Below, piece after piece: positions 38,319 through 51,500 of a stretch of 64,000 nt of DNA. Within the stretch, counting starts at the first letter, position 1. Each line of letters opens with the position of its first letter. The position numbers were made by a program, and so were the translations under genes. The DNA lies in NCBI GenBank assembly GCA_964106645.2, contig OZ067046.1. One strand, 5' to 3'. Source of the DNA: Podarcis pityusensis (Eukaryota). The notes under the pieces were generated by a model. The model had not been told where the DNA came from, did no database searches, and worked only from the letters and a program-made list of their open reading frames with translations.

Positions 38319-40575
38319 CCAATTTATGTGGGCTGTAGGGTAACATCATCAACGGCCCTGCTGTGAAGCTGCTTGGGGTTTCAGGATAAAAGTTTCAACG
38401 TTAGTAACTCAAAAGTATCCATTCCAGTCCTGCCAAAATACAGTGGACTGTACTTCAAATCAATGTCAACATGGAGAAGTTCCACATAAAGGTCTAAGTG
38501 GACTGTGATCTCATCACATTCCAGTGGTGGTCCGCATTTCAAGGAATTCAGGGTACTTAAGCTAACTTGGAAAAGGTCATTGAGGAGCTGTAAAACCAAG
38601 TTTTCCTCTTTTGGGGCTTCACTGCTTCCCATGCCAGCATGTGCTTGCATAATTCAAGGGGGATTCTGGGAAGAGAAAACATGTGGTGGCAACCAGGCAA
38701 ATAAGGAAGAGCCACCACTGTAACAGTAGGTGACATTGTTTTTACACAGTTTAAAAAGGGTATTTCAAATTCTTCCCCCTAAACTATCTGTAACATTTCT
38801 TGCTGCCATGCTGAAAACCACTGATATGGTGGTCCCATTTTGCCATCTGGGAACACCAATGGATTGGTTGAATTGGGGAGGCAATTTTCAACTCATCCTC
38901 AATTGAATCTTCCTGTTTAGCAACCACTTCTGCTCCTGTAGAGGAGTTTGGAGTCTTCTGTAAAAGAGAAACTGGGCAGATCTTAGAATAGTATTTCCAG
39001 GCATGGATCATGGTCCCACCCCACTGAAGTTTATTCCCAAGGTGCCATCTGGTAAAGGTTGTGGTGTTTGATTCCTTTGGGTTGGAGTAGGGAGCGCAGG
39101 GAGCACCCAGAAGCATTCTATTACAGAAAACAAGGAAGAGGCAACATTAAAAACTCATTGCAGATGCTCAAACAAAAGCCCCGAGAGGTTGAAGCTGCTC
39201 TTTCACATACAAATCATGGCAAATAATTGAACGGAGTGCAGTTTGTATTTCATAAGCACTGAGGTCTTGGAAAATCTTCATATACAAAATGATAACAGCT
39301 GCTGTGCATTATGCATGGCGTACTGCTGCTTTGTAGTTATGCTACAAAAATTGGTTTCTTGCTGCTGCAAAGCAGGAGTATTAGTTTACAAAAAAGGACA
39401 AAATAAAGAAATTCATAAAGGGGCTGCTGATTATGTTAATAGACCTTAGCTAGAACAGAGAACATCCAGAATCGGGGGGGGTGTGTGAGTATTCAGTCAT
39501 TCAACATGCATTCTGTTCTTCTAAACTGGTGTGCAACAACTCTTTCCATTCACACTGTAGGCTGGTTCATGTAACACTCTCGAAGGAATGGGAAATCTGT
39601 GACCCTCAGAGGTTGTTGGACTTCAGCTCCCATCAGCCCCAGCCATAATGGCCAATGGTCAAGGATGATGGGAGCCCGAAATCTAACAACATCTGTATTC
39701 TTATTGTAATCTGTGGAAACAGTTATCACTTTTGTGTACCTTTCCAGATTGCATAGGGTCAGTCTACCAAGAAAATCTGTGTGGAGCTTATGTATAGGGT
39801 CAACTTGCATAGATCTTTGATGTTAAAGGCTTTACATGTGGTTGCAGAAAATGTATGAGGCTAAGCTTGACTGTGTGCTCTGCCCCACATTCCTCCTCAA
39901 TGCTCAACCCTGCATTTTTCAGAATCAAGTATGTAGTTTGTTCAGGAATGGGTAAGGTGGGCAGGAAGAGTTAGAGTGGATGTGTACCTTTGAGGAAGGC
40001 TGAGGATGGATTCACATTTGCAATGCTTCCATTTCATAATACTGGTAAAAACACTCTTATGCTTTCCTCTTGCACAATGCTACTTCCACCAATTAATCTT
40101 ATGCCAGCTTTTCACCATGCATCTTAAATGATGTTGGTGCTTACTGGGGCTGATGTTCAGCAACATCTGGAGGGTGAAAGGTTTCCCACATCTGCACTAG
40201 ACTATCCTGATTCGAATCAGTGTGAGTACTTTAAAATAAACAAATTAGAGATATCAGTTGGGTTTCTCAACTGTTGCAACTCAGCCAAACATCTTCATCC
40301 CTGGCTGAATTATGGCTTTAATCCCAAGGAAATTAGTCTATGCAAAGTTTCAAGACAAAAATTAATTGGCAGTTCTTAACCTTCTTCATGTACAATAAAT
40401 AAACACATGGGGTGTGCAGCTGTTCCAGATGTTTGTTTATACTCTCTGGAAGAAATGGCCTTGGAACATTACATAAACATTGGCAAGGATTTTAATGTTC
40501 ATATAAAAGAAGGGACTGTATACTGTAAGATCATTTTTAAATAATGCATCTACTGCTTTTAAAAATTTAGCTAGT

Positions 40576-41331
40576 TGTCAGAGCTGCTTCCAGATCCTAG
40601 CTCACAGAGGATCACGCTAGCCAGCGATCATTAAAATAAAGTCTTTATTGAGTTACAGTTTCCATTCTCAATCTGCTGCGTGCAACTCTACGTCTCATGG
40701 TTAGATCGGCGAAGCTCCGTCTGAGTCTCCGCCCCTTGTACACCAACTTAATATCCTAGCCCTGCTCCACCTTTTCCGCCTGACTGTTCTTCTCTGGGTC
40801 CCTCTGCCCCCCGGGGTCTCTTCCTTCCGGGATTCTTCTGACGCCGACCCCCCGGACCCTCCTGTCTCCTTGCGCCGGGCTTTAGGACCTGGCTCCCTTT
40901 CCGGGCTGCCTACTGCGCCACCTTCCTGTGCATTTGAACTTGGCGCGCGCGCCAAACCTTCCACCTTCCGTCTGACCGTTTCTTCGCTCCCCGATGGAGG
41001 TGTGGCCACTCCTGACTCGTGCCCTCCCCCCTGTTGTGAGCTGCCAGCGCTTGATCCCTGGCGCCCTTCCTCTTCCCTGCTCTCTGGCGGTGACGCTGGT
41101 CCCGATTTCCAACTGCTCCCCTCTGAGTCCCCTCTGGCTCTATCTTCCTGGGGTGTCCCCCTAGGCTCCCCCCTTGCCCTGGCCACTGGTGCTCCTTTCT
41201 GTGAATCTTCTGATTCACTGGAAAGACTCGGAGATCTCGGGTCGTCGTCATCACTCATCTTTTCTTCTGCCTCCTCCCCCTCGCTCTCTGTTTCCTCCCT
41301 TGCCCTTGCCTCTGCTCCTGAACCCCTGACA
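40576..41331 (-). mobile_element. Solo LTR (Gypsy-like), 756 bp
   Basis: TGTCAG...CTGACA termini with a perfect 5-bp TSD CTAGT (40571-40575 / 41332-41336). AATAAA on the minus strand near 40645. CpG-rich, suggesting a young insertion. Confidence 0.9.
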
Positions 41332-41806
41332 CTAGTGAATAGTTATGATACAGCCCATAGCTCTCCCTTCCTTTCATAATTAGAACTGCAGGAGTTACTT
41401 GGAGCCACATGTGAGACCAAGTGAAACTCACTTTAGCTGGAATTTCATTAGAGTCCTGAAATTTAATTCTGGATAGAAAACCAACTTTGAATGATCCTGA
41501 GCCAAGTTATGGCTTAGGGTGAAATCCACAAGAAACTTAATTATTCTGGCTCATTGTTGTCCAGCAAAGCGGGGGAGGGATACTCGTGCCAGTACATTTT
41601 CCTTTATGGCTAATTCTGCCTTTGGCTCTGTGGTCACAGAGACAGGATGGGCTCTTCAGAATGGCAGAGGAGAGGAGTATTCAAGTCCGGTGATTAAGAA
41701 CCATTGGTGTTCAATATCCCACTTCCCCTTGGCACAAGCTTCATAGGCCCGCATTGTAAGCTAGAAAGGAGGAGAATAGTTGGAACAAATGCTGAGTGAC
41801 CAGGAA

Positions 41807-42157
41807 GGTAAAAAAGGGACCCCTGACCATTAGGTCCAGTTGTGACCGACTCTGGGGTTGCGGCGCTCATCTCGCTTTATTGGCCAAGGGAGCCGGCGTA
41901 CAGCTTCTGGGTCATGTGGCCAGCATGACTAAGCTGCTTCTGGCGAACCAGAGCAGCGCACGGAAACGCTGTTTACCTTCCAGCTGGAGCGGTACCTATT
42001 TATCTACTTGCACTTTGATGTGCTTTCGAACTGCTAGGTTGGCAGGAGCAGGGACCGAGCAATGGGAGCTCACCCCGTCACAGGGATTCGAACTGCCAAC
42101 CTTCTGATTGGCAAGTCCTAGGCTCTGTGGTTTAACCCACAGCGCCACCCACATCCC
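41807..42157 (-). mobile_element. Sauria SINE, full length
   Basis: TSD TGACCAGGAA at 41797-41806 and 42158-42167. Confidence 0.95.
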
Positions 42158-42839
42158 TGACCAGGAAAGTAGATTGTCTCTTTTTGGAGATATGAACACA
42201 CACACACACACACACACATACACACTTACTTCAAGTGAACCTCCTTTTATTTAGAATAGCACCATCCCAATGACCAGCATAAGCAGTAAAACGAATACCA
42301 CCTCATCATCCTGGTATTATGGCACAGCTATGCAACTGTAAAGGCAGGTGATGGTATTTGTCTACTTTTTTTCATGGCATATCCCACAACTGTCCGGAAA
42401 AACTGGGACATCTCATTTTTTTCCTGCAAGAGAACGGTGGCCATTTGGGTTGCTGTGATTTTGCAGTGAAAAATGCACTTGGAGGGGGGTCGTATTCTTT
42501 CATAGTGCCCCCAAATGCCCATTTTTGAGTGCCATGCCCCCAGTGTGAAAATGGTCTCTTTGCGCTCATGATATAAAACTGGAATATGGCATGCGGGAAG
42601 ATGGCGTCCCAGATTTTGGTTTCAAAGTGTTCAGCTAAAGACGTTGTTTCTAAACATTGGTCCAGAACTTCTGAAAACCATGAACAACTAGTGGGTCAAA
42701 TGATCTTTGCGTGCAGCACCCTAAAATTCATGTGGTGCCACCACTACCTGATTCTGTCATGATTCTTAACTGCATCTTGCACATCATTCAAGCAAAAACT
42801 GCCAGTGATTACATCTTAAATGTGATGATCAACAGCTGA

Positions 42840-43200
42840 AGCCTTGTTGGTGGTGCTGACACCAAGGGCTGCCCTATGACAGGGCCTTTTCCGTGGTGGT
42901 TCCCTGGTTGTGGAATGCCATCCCTAGGTGAGGTGCACCTGTCCGCATCATTACTAACTTTCAAGAGAGGTTTGGAAACATTCCTGTTTACCTAGGCATT
43001 TGATGACTGGAGAATACTCATCTTGCCATCCCAAAGATCACTGAATGAAATAATGTTTTTAACTGAAGTTGGTTTTTTAGACTTCTAAGTGTGTGTTTTT
43101 TAAATGCTTTTGCTTTGTTTTACTTTTTAAAATGTTTGCTTGTTTGCTGCTCAGGAAGAAGGGCAGAGGATATAAATGCAATAAATACAGAATAAAATAA
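42840..43200 (+). mobile_element. Degraded L2 3' end
   Basis: AGGGCCTTTTCCGTGGTGGTTCCCTGGTTGTGGAATGCC (RAFSVVxPxLWN) followed by an A-rich tail. Confidence 0.7.
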
Positions 43201-43996
43201 AAGTATATGAAGCACACATCTCTCCTACACTTGCTGGTGCAAGAAAAAAGGATTAATTCAATGGTGTTTCTTCTTCAATACTTTTAAAATTATTATTACT
43301 TTTTATTGGGTGGTTTTGTGTTACAAAGCAAATAGATAAACAGGAAATGGTACATCTATTGTCTCCACTTTCAGTTTATAGTCTTTTTCACAGTTTGTTT
43401 ACATCTGGTGCGAGACATTTTTGGCATAGACATATTGCAGTTGGGGGAGAGAGATGGGGATATGGTTTTTTTTTTTTAATATTCTATTGCCTATTCTTAG
43501 TGCAGGGGGTGTTGTGTCAGCATCACATGAGTAGGTCCTTTGTGTATTTATTTATTTTCATTGATGTTGCAAGAGGTTAGGGGTTCCTGAGCTTGGTTGG
43601 TTGTGTTTAGTTGATTGCGGTGTGGCTTATTTGTGTGAGGTTTCTTCTTCCATATTGTCAGGCAAGTGATCTAGGATGTTGACAGTACTGTACTCCTGTA
43701 TTACAACCACATTTGTCACACCCTTTCCAGCTAATGTTCATTGGAGTGACATTGGGGAAACACATTAGTAAAAGCCTGAATGGCAGGATGAACAAAAAAT
43801 GCCAGCATGCAGTGCTGACTCTCCAAAAGGTAAACACAAGTGCCTCCTAGTGGAAGACACATCCTTCTTTTTGAGAGAACTGAAAAGCTACGGCAATGGA
43901 CAATTGTGTAGAAATGCCAAACACTGGAAAGCAAACCTCCAGAAACAGGCTCTAGTTAATTTTGATTATTATTCTTTAGCTTCATTTTTTGCCTAG

Positions 43997-44390
43997 TGTC
44001 AAGGACTGGTTGAACGCAGAGGCATGGTGGGAAGAAGCGACTGGGGAAACCCCAAGAGAAGAAAGCTCAGAGCCTGGGGAGTGGTGGTGGGACAGTAATG
44101 AGTGGTCAGAGGGGAGAGAGAGAGAGAGAGAAGACTGAGAAGAGAAGGTGTCAGAAGCTGAAGAGGTAACAGGGTTTAGGTAGCAGGGAGAGTCTATGGC
44201 AGAGAGCCATCCAGAATCAGAATCAGGAGATGAGGAAGGCCAAGAAGCAAAGAGGAATCTGGATGGTGAAGGAACCAGGGTGTCTCCCCATCTTGCTGCG
44301 ACAAGAACAAGGAGAGGCATGAAGAGAGAGCAGAAGTTAGCTTCCTGCAGACACAGTCTTAGATTGCTGGGGAAGCAGCTACATGAATAA
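43997..44390 (+). mobile_element. Truncated Gypsy-like LTR
   Basis: Starts with TGTCAAGG and has a purine-rich body like the 40.6 kb LTR. The 3' CA end and TSD were not found. Confidence 0.55.
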
Positions 44391-44810
44391 TTCTGGTTCA
44401 GCAGGTTATCATGCTCTTTGTACAGAGGGGGTGCCACAGTAGTGCAGAAAGTCAGCAAACCAACACAATGTGATATTTTTCTGAAGCTCGAGCCCATCTG
44501 GAAGTCAATCTCTTTGATGTGGTAGCACTTTCTCCTGGCCTCAGATGTATAAGGACTGTAGGGTGATTGGTTAGGGAAAGGAGCTCCAGGCATGTTCCAA
44601 GGAACTGTTCTCAGCATGCTTATGTCACTGCTCACAGGACTGCCTCTGCCAGGCCTCTTGTCTCAGGATCTTTGGCTGGATTGAGAAGGACTCAGATCAA
44701 GATGATTCCCATGTGATCATAAAAATCTCTAAGTAGCTTCCATCATCCTCAGAGGCTGAGGGTGACTCCTCTGCAGCCTCTTCTGCAGGAACATGTGACT
44801 GAAAAATAGT

Positions 44811-45306
44811 TTGTTGTTGTTTAGTCGTTTAATCGTGTCCGACACTTCGTGACCCTATGGACCAGAGCACGCAGGGCACGCCTGTCTTCCACTGCCTCCC
44901 GCAGTTTAGTCAAACTCATGCTGGTAGCTTCAAGGACACTGTCCAGCCATCTCGTCCTCTGTCGTCCCCTTCTCCTTGTGCCCTCCATCTTTCCCAATAT
45001 CGGGGTCTTTTCCAGGGAGTCTTCTCTTCTCATGAGGTGGCCAAAGTTCTGGAGCCTCAGCTTCACGATCTGTCCTTCCAGTGAGCACTCAGGGCTGATT
45101 TCCTTCAGAATGGATAGATTTGATCTTCTTGCAATCCATAGGACTCTCCAGAGTCTCCTCCAGCACCATAATTCAAAAGCATCAATTCTTCGGCGATCAG
45201 CCTTCTTTATGGTTCAGCTCTCACTTCCATACATCACTACTGGGAGAACCATAGCTTTAACTATACGGACCTTTGTTGGCAAGGTGATGTCTCTTGCTTT
45301 TTAAGA
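44811..45306 (-). mobile_element. BovB LINE 3' fragment
   Basis: Closely similar to 17560-18057. Confidence 0.96.
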
Positions 45307-45686
45307 TGGTGCTTTAAAGATGGGTGCTTTAAAGATGGCTTACAGTTCTTGTAAGGGCTGGGACCAGTGCAGCCCTGCCAGCCTTCTGAAACCCTTAACT
45401 GATTCTTGTCCTTGGCTGACATGCCTTCCTTAACTCAGTCAGCAGGGCAAACTGGGAGCTGCCTTGCCTTGCCATGCCCTAATCATTTCAATTTCACTTG
45501 TAGGGCTCCAGCAAAGCATGACAGTGTTGAAACTTTCTAGGGTGAAACTCTGCTGAACTTTGGTTCAAATCAAGTCAAGTCGGTTCATTTCAGTGAGTTC
45601 TTTCAACATGATGCTACATTGAACAATGATGATAATACTCTGAAACATCAGTATTCCCCCCCCCCCCGTTATGAGCTGCCCAATTG

Positions 45687-45989
45687 ACACGGGTGGTGCT
45701 GTGGTCTAAACCACTGAGCCTCTTGGGCTTGCTGATCAGAAGGTCGGCGGTTCAAATCCCCGCGACGGGGTGAGCTCCCGTTGCTCGGTCCCTGCTCCTG
45801 CCAACCTAGCAGTTTGAAAGCATGTCAAAGTGCAAGTAGATAAATAGGTACTGCTCCGGCGGGAAGGTAAACAGCGTTTCTGTGCACTGCTCTAGTTCGC
45901 CAGAAAGCTCCCTCGGCCAATAAAGCGAGATGAGCGCCGCAACCCCAGAGTTGGCCACAACTGGACCTAGTGGTCAGGGGTACCTTTAC
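45687..45989 (+). mobile_element. Sauria SINE with internal deletion
   Basis: Lacks the GCGGCTTAGTCATG..GTACGC segment found in the other copies. Confidence 0.92.
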
Positions 45990-46566
45990 TAATATTGGAA
46001 ATAATCTATAGAAATCCCCACTGAAATCTGGTTAAGTAATATTTGGAATGTAGTTCTATGGGAATACCTAACTCACCACAGAAGGGTAATTAAAGGCACT
46101 TGAAGGATAGACATTTTGGTGTGACTTAGGTTCCTTCCTTTTCCTTTATAAACGAGACAAAATATACTTTTATTCCACCCTCAACACAAGAATCTCTGTG
46201 GATACTTGAACTGATAATACATAAATAAACATATTGCTTATGTACTGTGTACTGCATATGAAACTTAATAAGAATGTACTACTGGACAAGTAACTGTAGT
46301 TATGCTGTTCTTGAATTTACATGAAAAACAATAATAAAAAATGGGGGGGGGCACATCAAGGTCTTTGTTTCTTTTTCCTGCAGAAATGATAGTAAGAAAT
46401 TAATTCAAAGTTAACACCACAGTTCTGGTGATTTGGTATTTTGACTACTTTAATATTGCAACTTCCTGGGAAAAAACACAACCCTTTTCTATGAATCTGA
46501 GGAAGATTGTTGGATTTTTGCACTTCAGTTTTTCTCAAGACCAATCCAATTGCATTGAGACAACTA

Positions 46567-46990
46567 CTGTACTTTTCCGTGTATAACATGCCACCATGTA
46601 TAAGACGCCCCCTATTTTTCAGGACTAAAATTTAAGGAAATGGGGGAAGATGGCTTAGAATTGTTGAGATTTTTGGGGGAGGGATTGCCCAGAGTTGTTG
46701 AGTTTTTTTAAGGGGGATTGCAGAAAACCGCTCAAACACACACAGCGAAAAATCCACCTCTCATCTGTCCCTTTGCTGGCAGAAGCCGCCAATCACCCGC
46801 CCAATTGCCACAGCGTCAACCAATCAACACCAGCCCTTGACACAGCAACCAATGGCATGCCCAATAGCTGCTGCCAGCCGCAGGAGCAACCAATCAAACA
46901 TCCACCCTATGCATTACCCATGTATAAGACTCCCACTTTTTAGCATGATTATTAAATAAAAAAACCAGTCTTATACACAGAAAAGTACAG
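46567..46990. mobile_element. Tc1/mariner (Tc2/pogo-like) non-autonomous element
   Basis: TA|CTGTACTTTTCCGTGTATAA ... TTATACACAGAAAAGTACAG terminal inverted repeats. Confidence 0.85.
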
Positions 46991-47147
46991 CATACCCAAA
47001 TTGTTATAGTGTCTGAAGTTTATTATATAGATTTTTCTTTGTTAGGGGGAAATAGCACTGATTACTTAAGAACAAAACACACTGTATGGTATTTATTTCG
47101 CTGTAGTTATAGTCATAAATGCTCAGAATGTGATTCATTAGTTCATT

Positions 47148-47166
47148 GTTCCACTAGATGGCACAA
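47148..47166 (+). promoter_or_regulatory. CTCF-like motif
   Basis: TTCCACTAGATGGCACAA matches the CCACTAGATGGCNC core. Confidence 0.55.
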
Positions 47167-47500
47167 AAGTCCTATCTTTTAGCTTTTCCCAGAGGATATT
47201 CTAGAAGTTAGCAGCTATTTTAACAAATTAACCTGGAGGACAAACTGTGATCCTTTTTAGAGGCAGTAAAAAGCTAAAGTAGCTTATTTTTCTGCCATTC
47301 ATGGCAAGATGTGCATATCCACCGAAACAAATATATATAGCACAGAAACATTTGAAGTACCTAACAGGATAGATATAAGTATCCATGAATCTAACCAAAC
47401 ACAGTTGTTCCGCAGGTCTCTTTTTTTCTAAAGTAGGCTAAGCATTTATAATGTGCAGCTTTCAAAGAGAAGATGTTTCAGTCACATGGGATGTAGGGAG

Positions 47501-47925
47501 ATTAGTGATGAGGGACAGATTTTATTTGGTTTGCACTGAAAGGAGAATCAACCCAGTTCACACTTTCCAAAGCAATCTGAGAACCAAAATGCAGCCATTC
47601 TTTGAAATTTGCACTTCTCTGAATTTTGCCATGCTGTTTTCCAGGCAAGTGACATGCGCTGGGATAAAGTGTGCATATTAATGTATGTATTAGTGAAACA
47701 AACATACAAAGATATGTTCTATTAGAGAAAACTGCTTTGCAAAAATAAGCACTAGTTGACAAAATTGCCTACAAACATGTGCATTTCACACTAAAATGGT
47801 GGTGGGTTTCCAAAAGGGCTTCTTTCAAAAAATTGCTAACCAGTGTGGAAATGTGGAGACCTGAAATTATGACTGGAAAAAATGAGAAATGGAGAAAACC
47901 CAAAATTGACAGATCCGCCCATCCG
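47501..47925 (+). repeat. Old interspersed repeat, unclassified (related copies at ~24531-24800 + and ~48250-48540 -)
   Basis: The three copies share AT-rich blocks (GAGAAA..TGC..GCAAAAAT.., ..GAAAAATGAGAAA..). Confidence 0.5.
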
Positions 47926-48543
47926 TAGAAGAGATAGAGAGGCGCATGAAATAATTTTATGTTTTATTTCAGTGACTTAGCTTGATTGCTGCTTTTGGAA
48001 GTGAGGAACCCAAATTTCAAATATCTGTAGTAATGGCATTTACCAGGTAGCTTTCAGTCATAATTCCTCAAGTCCATATCACAAATTCAAACTTTAAGTC
48101 AGACACACCAAGACCAAGAGCCACAAGGCCTCTCTGATCAGATTTTTTAAGGTGGCTTACAGATCAGAACAAGAATCACTAAAAACATAGAAAAATCAAA
48201 TATATGTAAAACAAAAAAGCAACAAAAGCCAGTAATGAACACAAGACATTCAAGTTCATTAGGTTCCCATTTTAATTTGAACCTATTGAATCCACACTTC
48301 TCCAACTTTTGCAGTGTAGTTCTCCATCATAAAAGCATGTCTGTTAGTGACAATGACACTCAAAAATGCATTTTATTGTAGCAAATTGCCTGCAAAAAAT
48401 GCGTACATTGTGATATTTTTGTGTGTGTGTGTGTGCGTGTATGTAAAGATAAATAGAGAGAGAGAAATGGGGTAGACTGAAGATTGAAAAATAAGAAACT
48501 GAGCAAAACTGAAACTGAACGATTCGTTCATCTCTAGTCAATG

Positions 48544-48545
<2 letters not shown>

Positions 48546-48576
<31 letters not shown>
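48546..48576. repeat. (TG)n microsatellite
   Basis: Direct reading. Confidence 0.95.
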
Positions 48577-48579
<3 letters not shown>

Positions 48580-51500
48580 AATATCAAACAAATTAATCAG
48601 AGGGGCTGCAGAAGTGTTCTTTACAACCCTCTGCTCATTTCACCCTCCACTCCTAACATACAAGCACAAAACATTCCCACACTGCAGCCTGGACAGCTAC
48701 TCCCCTTCCTGCCAAGTTGGGGCTCTGCCTGCCTCGGGGCATAGCTTGGAGAGTAGGACGTGAGTGAAACAGACGCCCAAAATATTATCTTTCAGGAGAC
48801 AACTTGATGTTCTGACACTACTAGTTTTTGGCAGAAAATAATATATTTAATTCCATCCTTCTGTTTATTTTTTTAAGTTGTTTTTTTTTTAAAACCTGTG
48901 TTGTTTTGGCAGTTAAGAATCTGACAGCCTTAAAACCAGAGATTAAAAGAAAGGGTTGGGTGTGCTTTTGTTGAGGGCGAACTGTCAACTGTGGAACGTC
49001 TTCCTGACATTATAAAGTTTCAATATTGCCTTGAGATATTTAATGGGAAGCAATCCATAAATGGAAATAAGCACACAGGATTGCAGGCAGAAGATGGCCT
49101 GTTGGAGTTCAACGTCTTCCATGTTAGAAAGATAATGTTTTGGATCCCTAGAAACACGAGCAAGAGGAAAATAGTTGGTGGTGATATGCTCCAAAAACAT
49201 GTTCAAGAAAGATTTGATGCAGGGCTGTAAAAGGGTTAGGATTTCCAAAAGTTTTCCCATGAGCAGAAGGTACGTTTGATCTAACCCATTAACTTCATTA
49301 AAATTCCAGTGGAGATCTTCAGAAATCCTGAATGGGCATTTCAGGAAATTGTTTTAGGAGTTACAGAATTGCATTGGTGAAGTAAAATTTTCTTTCTTGT
49401 AGATCAAGTTTTGGAACTAAACAAACTATCTGCTAGTTGTATCTTAATCAAAGCTGCTTTGATGATAAAATAGTTTATTTGATCTTCAAGCATCCTTCTA
49501 GTGAACTTCTTGAGCACACAATGCAGATTTCTCAAAAACGGTTCAGCCTTTTAAATTTTATTAGTCATACCCCTGCTTTATGATTTAGCTCCGACAACCC
49601 ATTTTCCTTCATTTCCCTTAGTGATGCCACATGATCCTAACTTCTTCTTAAATTGTTGTTGATTTTCTTCTTGCATACAATCATTAACTGTAGCATTTGG
49701 ACTCCTCCCCCCTGTAACAATCAGATTACCAATAAACTGAAATCTTAAAGACAGCGGAGAGTAAATTCTGTAATTTTAAAAAATTGATAATGCCCTGGCA
49801 TCTTTCCATTCTGCAACAGGTGACTATTGGGGGTCTCTTCTACCAAAGCAAGCTTAGACTTAATTACCTCAATCTGATACCAAATCGTTTTAAGGATTTG
49901 GGATCCTGTTAGGTTGGTGACTGGTTATTATTCCGCATTTTCTCTAGCTGCTGGTGTACAACTGAATTTCAGCAAAGAAATAGTGAAGTCTAAGCTGATT
50001 AACAGCCCAGTAATAAGAATCTAGCTTTTTTCAGTTGCCTTGAGTAGAAGTAAACCCTTCATCTCAACTGGGTTATGAATTTGACTGTTAGGTATTAGAA
50101 ATAAAATAAACCAGTTGCTGCAATGTTTATATCTGTCAGTCACACTATTAATAATTTGAATGAATACCTTACATTTGCAAATAACAATGGTGTCATTTCT
50201 GCTAAGGGTCAGTGGGAGTTTTGCTGCTAACGTGACACAAGAGTAAGGAGTAAATTCAGTTTTTACCTCTCAGGCACTGACATGAAACATGCTCCTTATA
50301 AGGATGGTATTCTTCTGGCCACTTATATGTCACAGGATGTTATTTTCATAGAGTTGGTAGTAGCAAGTGTTAACGTAAATCCCATAATTGACAGGTTAGT
50401 GGTTTGTGGAGGCAGTGACTTCCCCAGAGGGGATTTCTTGATTAATTGTGATGGCAGATTTAAGGCAGACTGGTTGCCAGTGGGAGGCAGCTGATTACAC
50501 AGTGTCTAATTACAGACTTTCCACTTTCCAGGGCAATGTAGTGTCATGCGTAAACCTGCCAAAATTCTTTCAAGACAGGAAATGCAGGGGAAGCTAGGCT
50601 GACCAAAAAGAAAGACACTGCTAGCAAGGCAAATCTTTGATGGATCATGTATAAACAAGAAGCAGGGACAGTGGGAGACAGTGAGCTCATTGACAACATT
50701 GCGAGGCAGTCCGTGCAGTTGGGGTAGAACCAAAAGCACCAAAGGTCAAAATCTGAGATATACTTCAGCTATGGGTAAGTCCCTTTCTCTCCCTCTCTCA
50801 GATTGATTTCTGTACCTGAAAAACAGGAATATGGGGCAATTCTCAAATGCTGTTAACATAAAAAAATACATGCCAATGCTCATACTGTATAGTACAAAAA
50901 AATGGGATCTGCAACAAATTGTCCGTGTGGTGTGTTCCTGTCTATTGCTGCAGTTGGTCAGCCTGACCCTACAGAAGACTTGATTCCATTTCCTTATCTG
51001 CCATATTTTCCATTTTCCCTCCCCACAGCCAATCAGCTCCTTGGTCAGTCCTCATTGAGTTCTTTTAGAGTTCTTCCCACTCTGGTTTTATTTCTTTTCA
51101 AAATTGCAATGCTACAATCCTTGTTGTTGCCCCAAACCTCCTGATAACCCCCTCTTGTGCATGTGTAAGCCATGGCATCTCACCTGAGCATCAGAAATTA
51201 GACAAAATGACTCCATTGCATGCCAAAGTGCAAACAGCCTTCTGGGTTATAAATGATATATCCTGTGTAATTTGTAGACTTAATGGGTCTCCTTCATTGA
51301 GAAGGACAGCTGAAGGATATATTGTTCCATCATGACTGATCTTCCTCTATCTATAGTTCACAAACAGCCACAGGGATACATGAGAGGAAACACTCTCAGT
51401 TCAAAATAGGTGATGGTAAGGTCCAATGCTCTGCCTTGTGAAATGAGGGTTTACCTAAGAACATGTCCCCCAAGATTCTCTGTAATGTACAGGGTCTCTG

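Noticed and set aside
43982-44635. 217-aa minus-strand ORF
   Set aside because: Ser/Leu/Pro-rich antisense frame of a purine-rich LTR plus flank, with no domain recognised.
48985-49260. 91-aa ORF that looks protein-like
   Set aside because: No recognisable family and no GT donor defining an exon. More likely chance or a decayed LINE.
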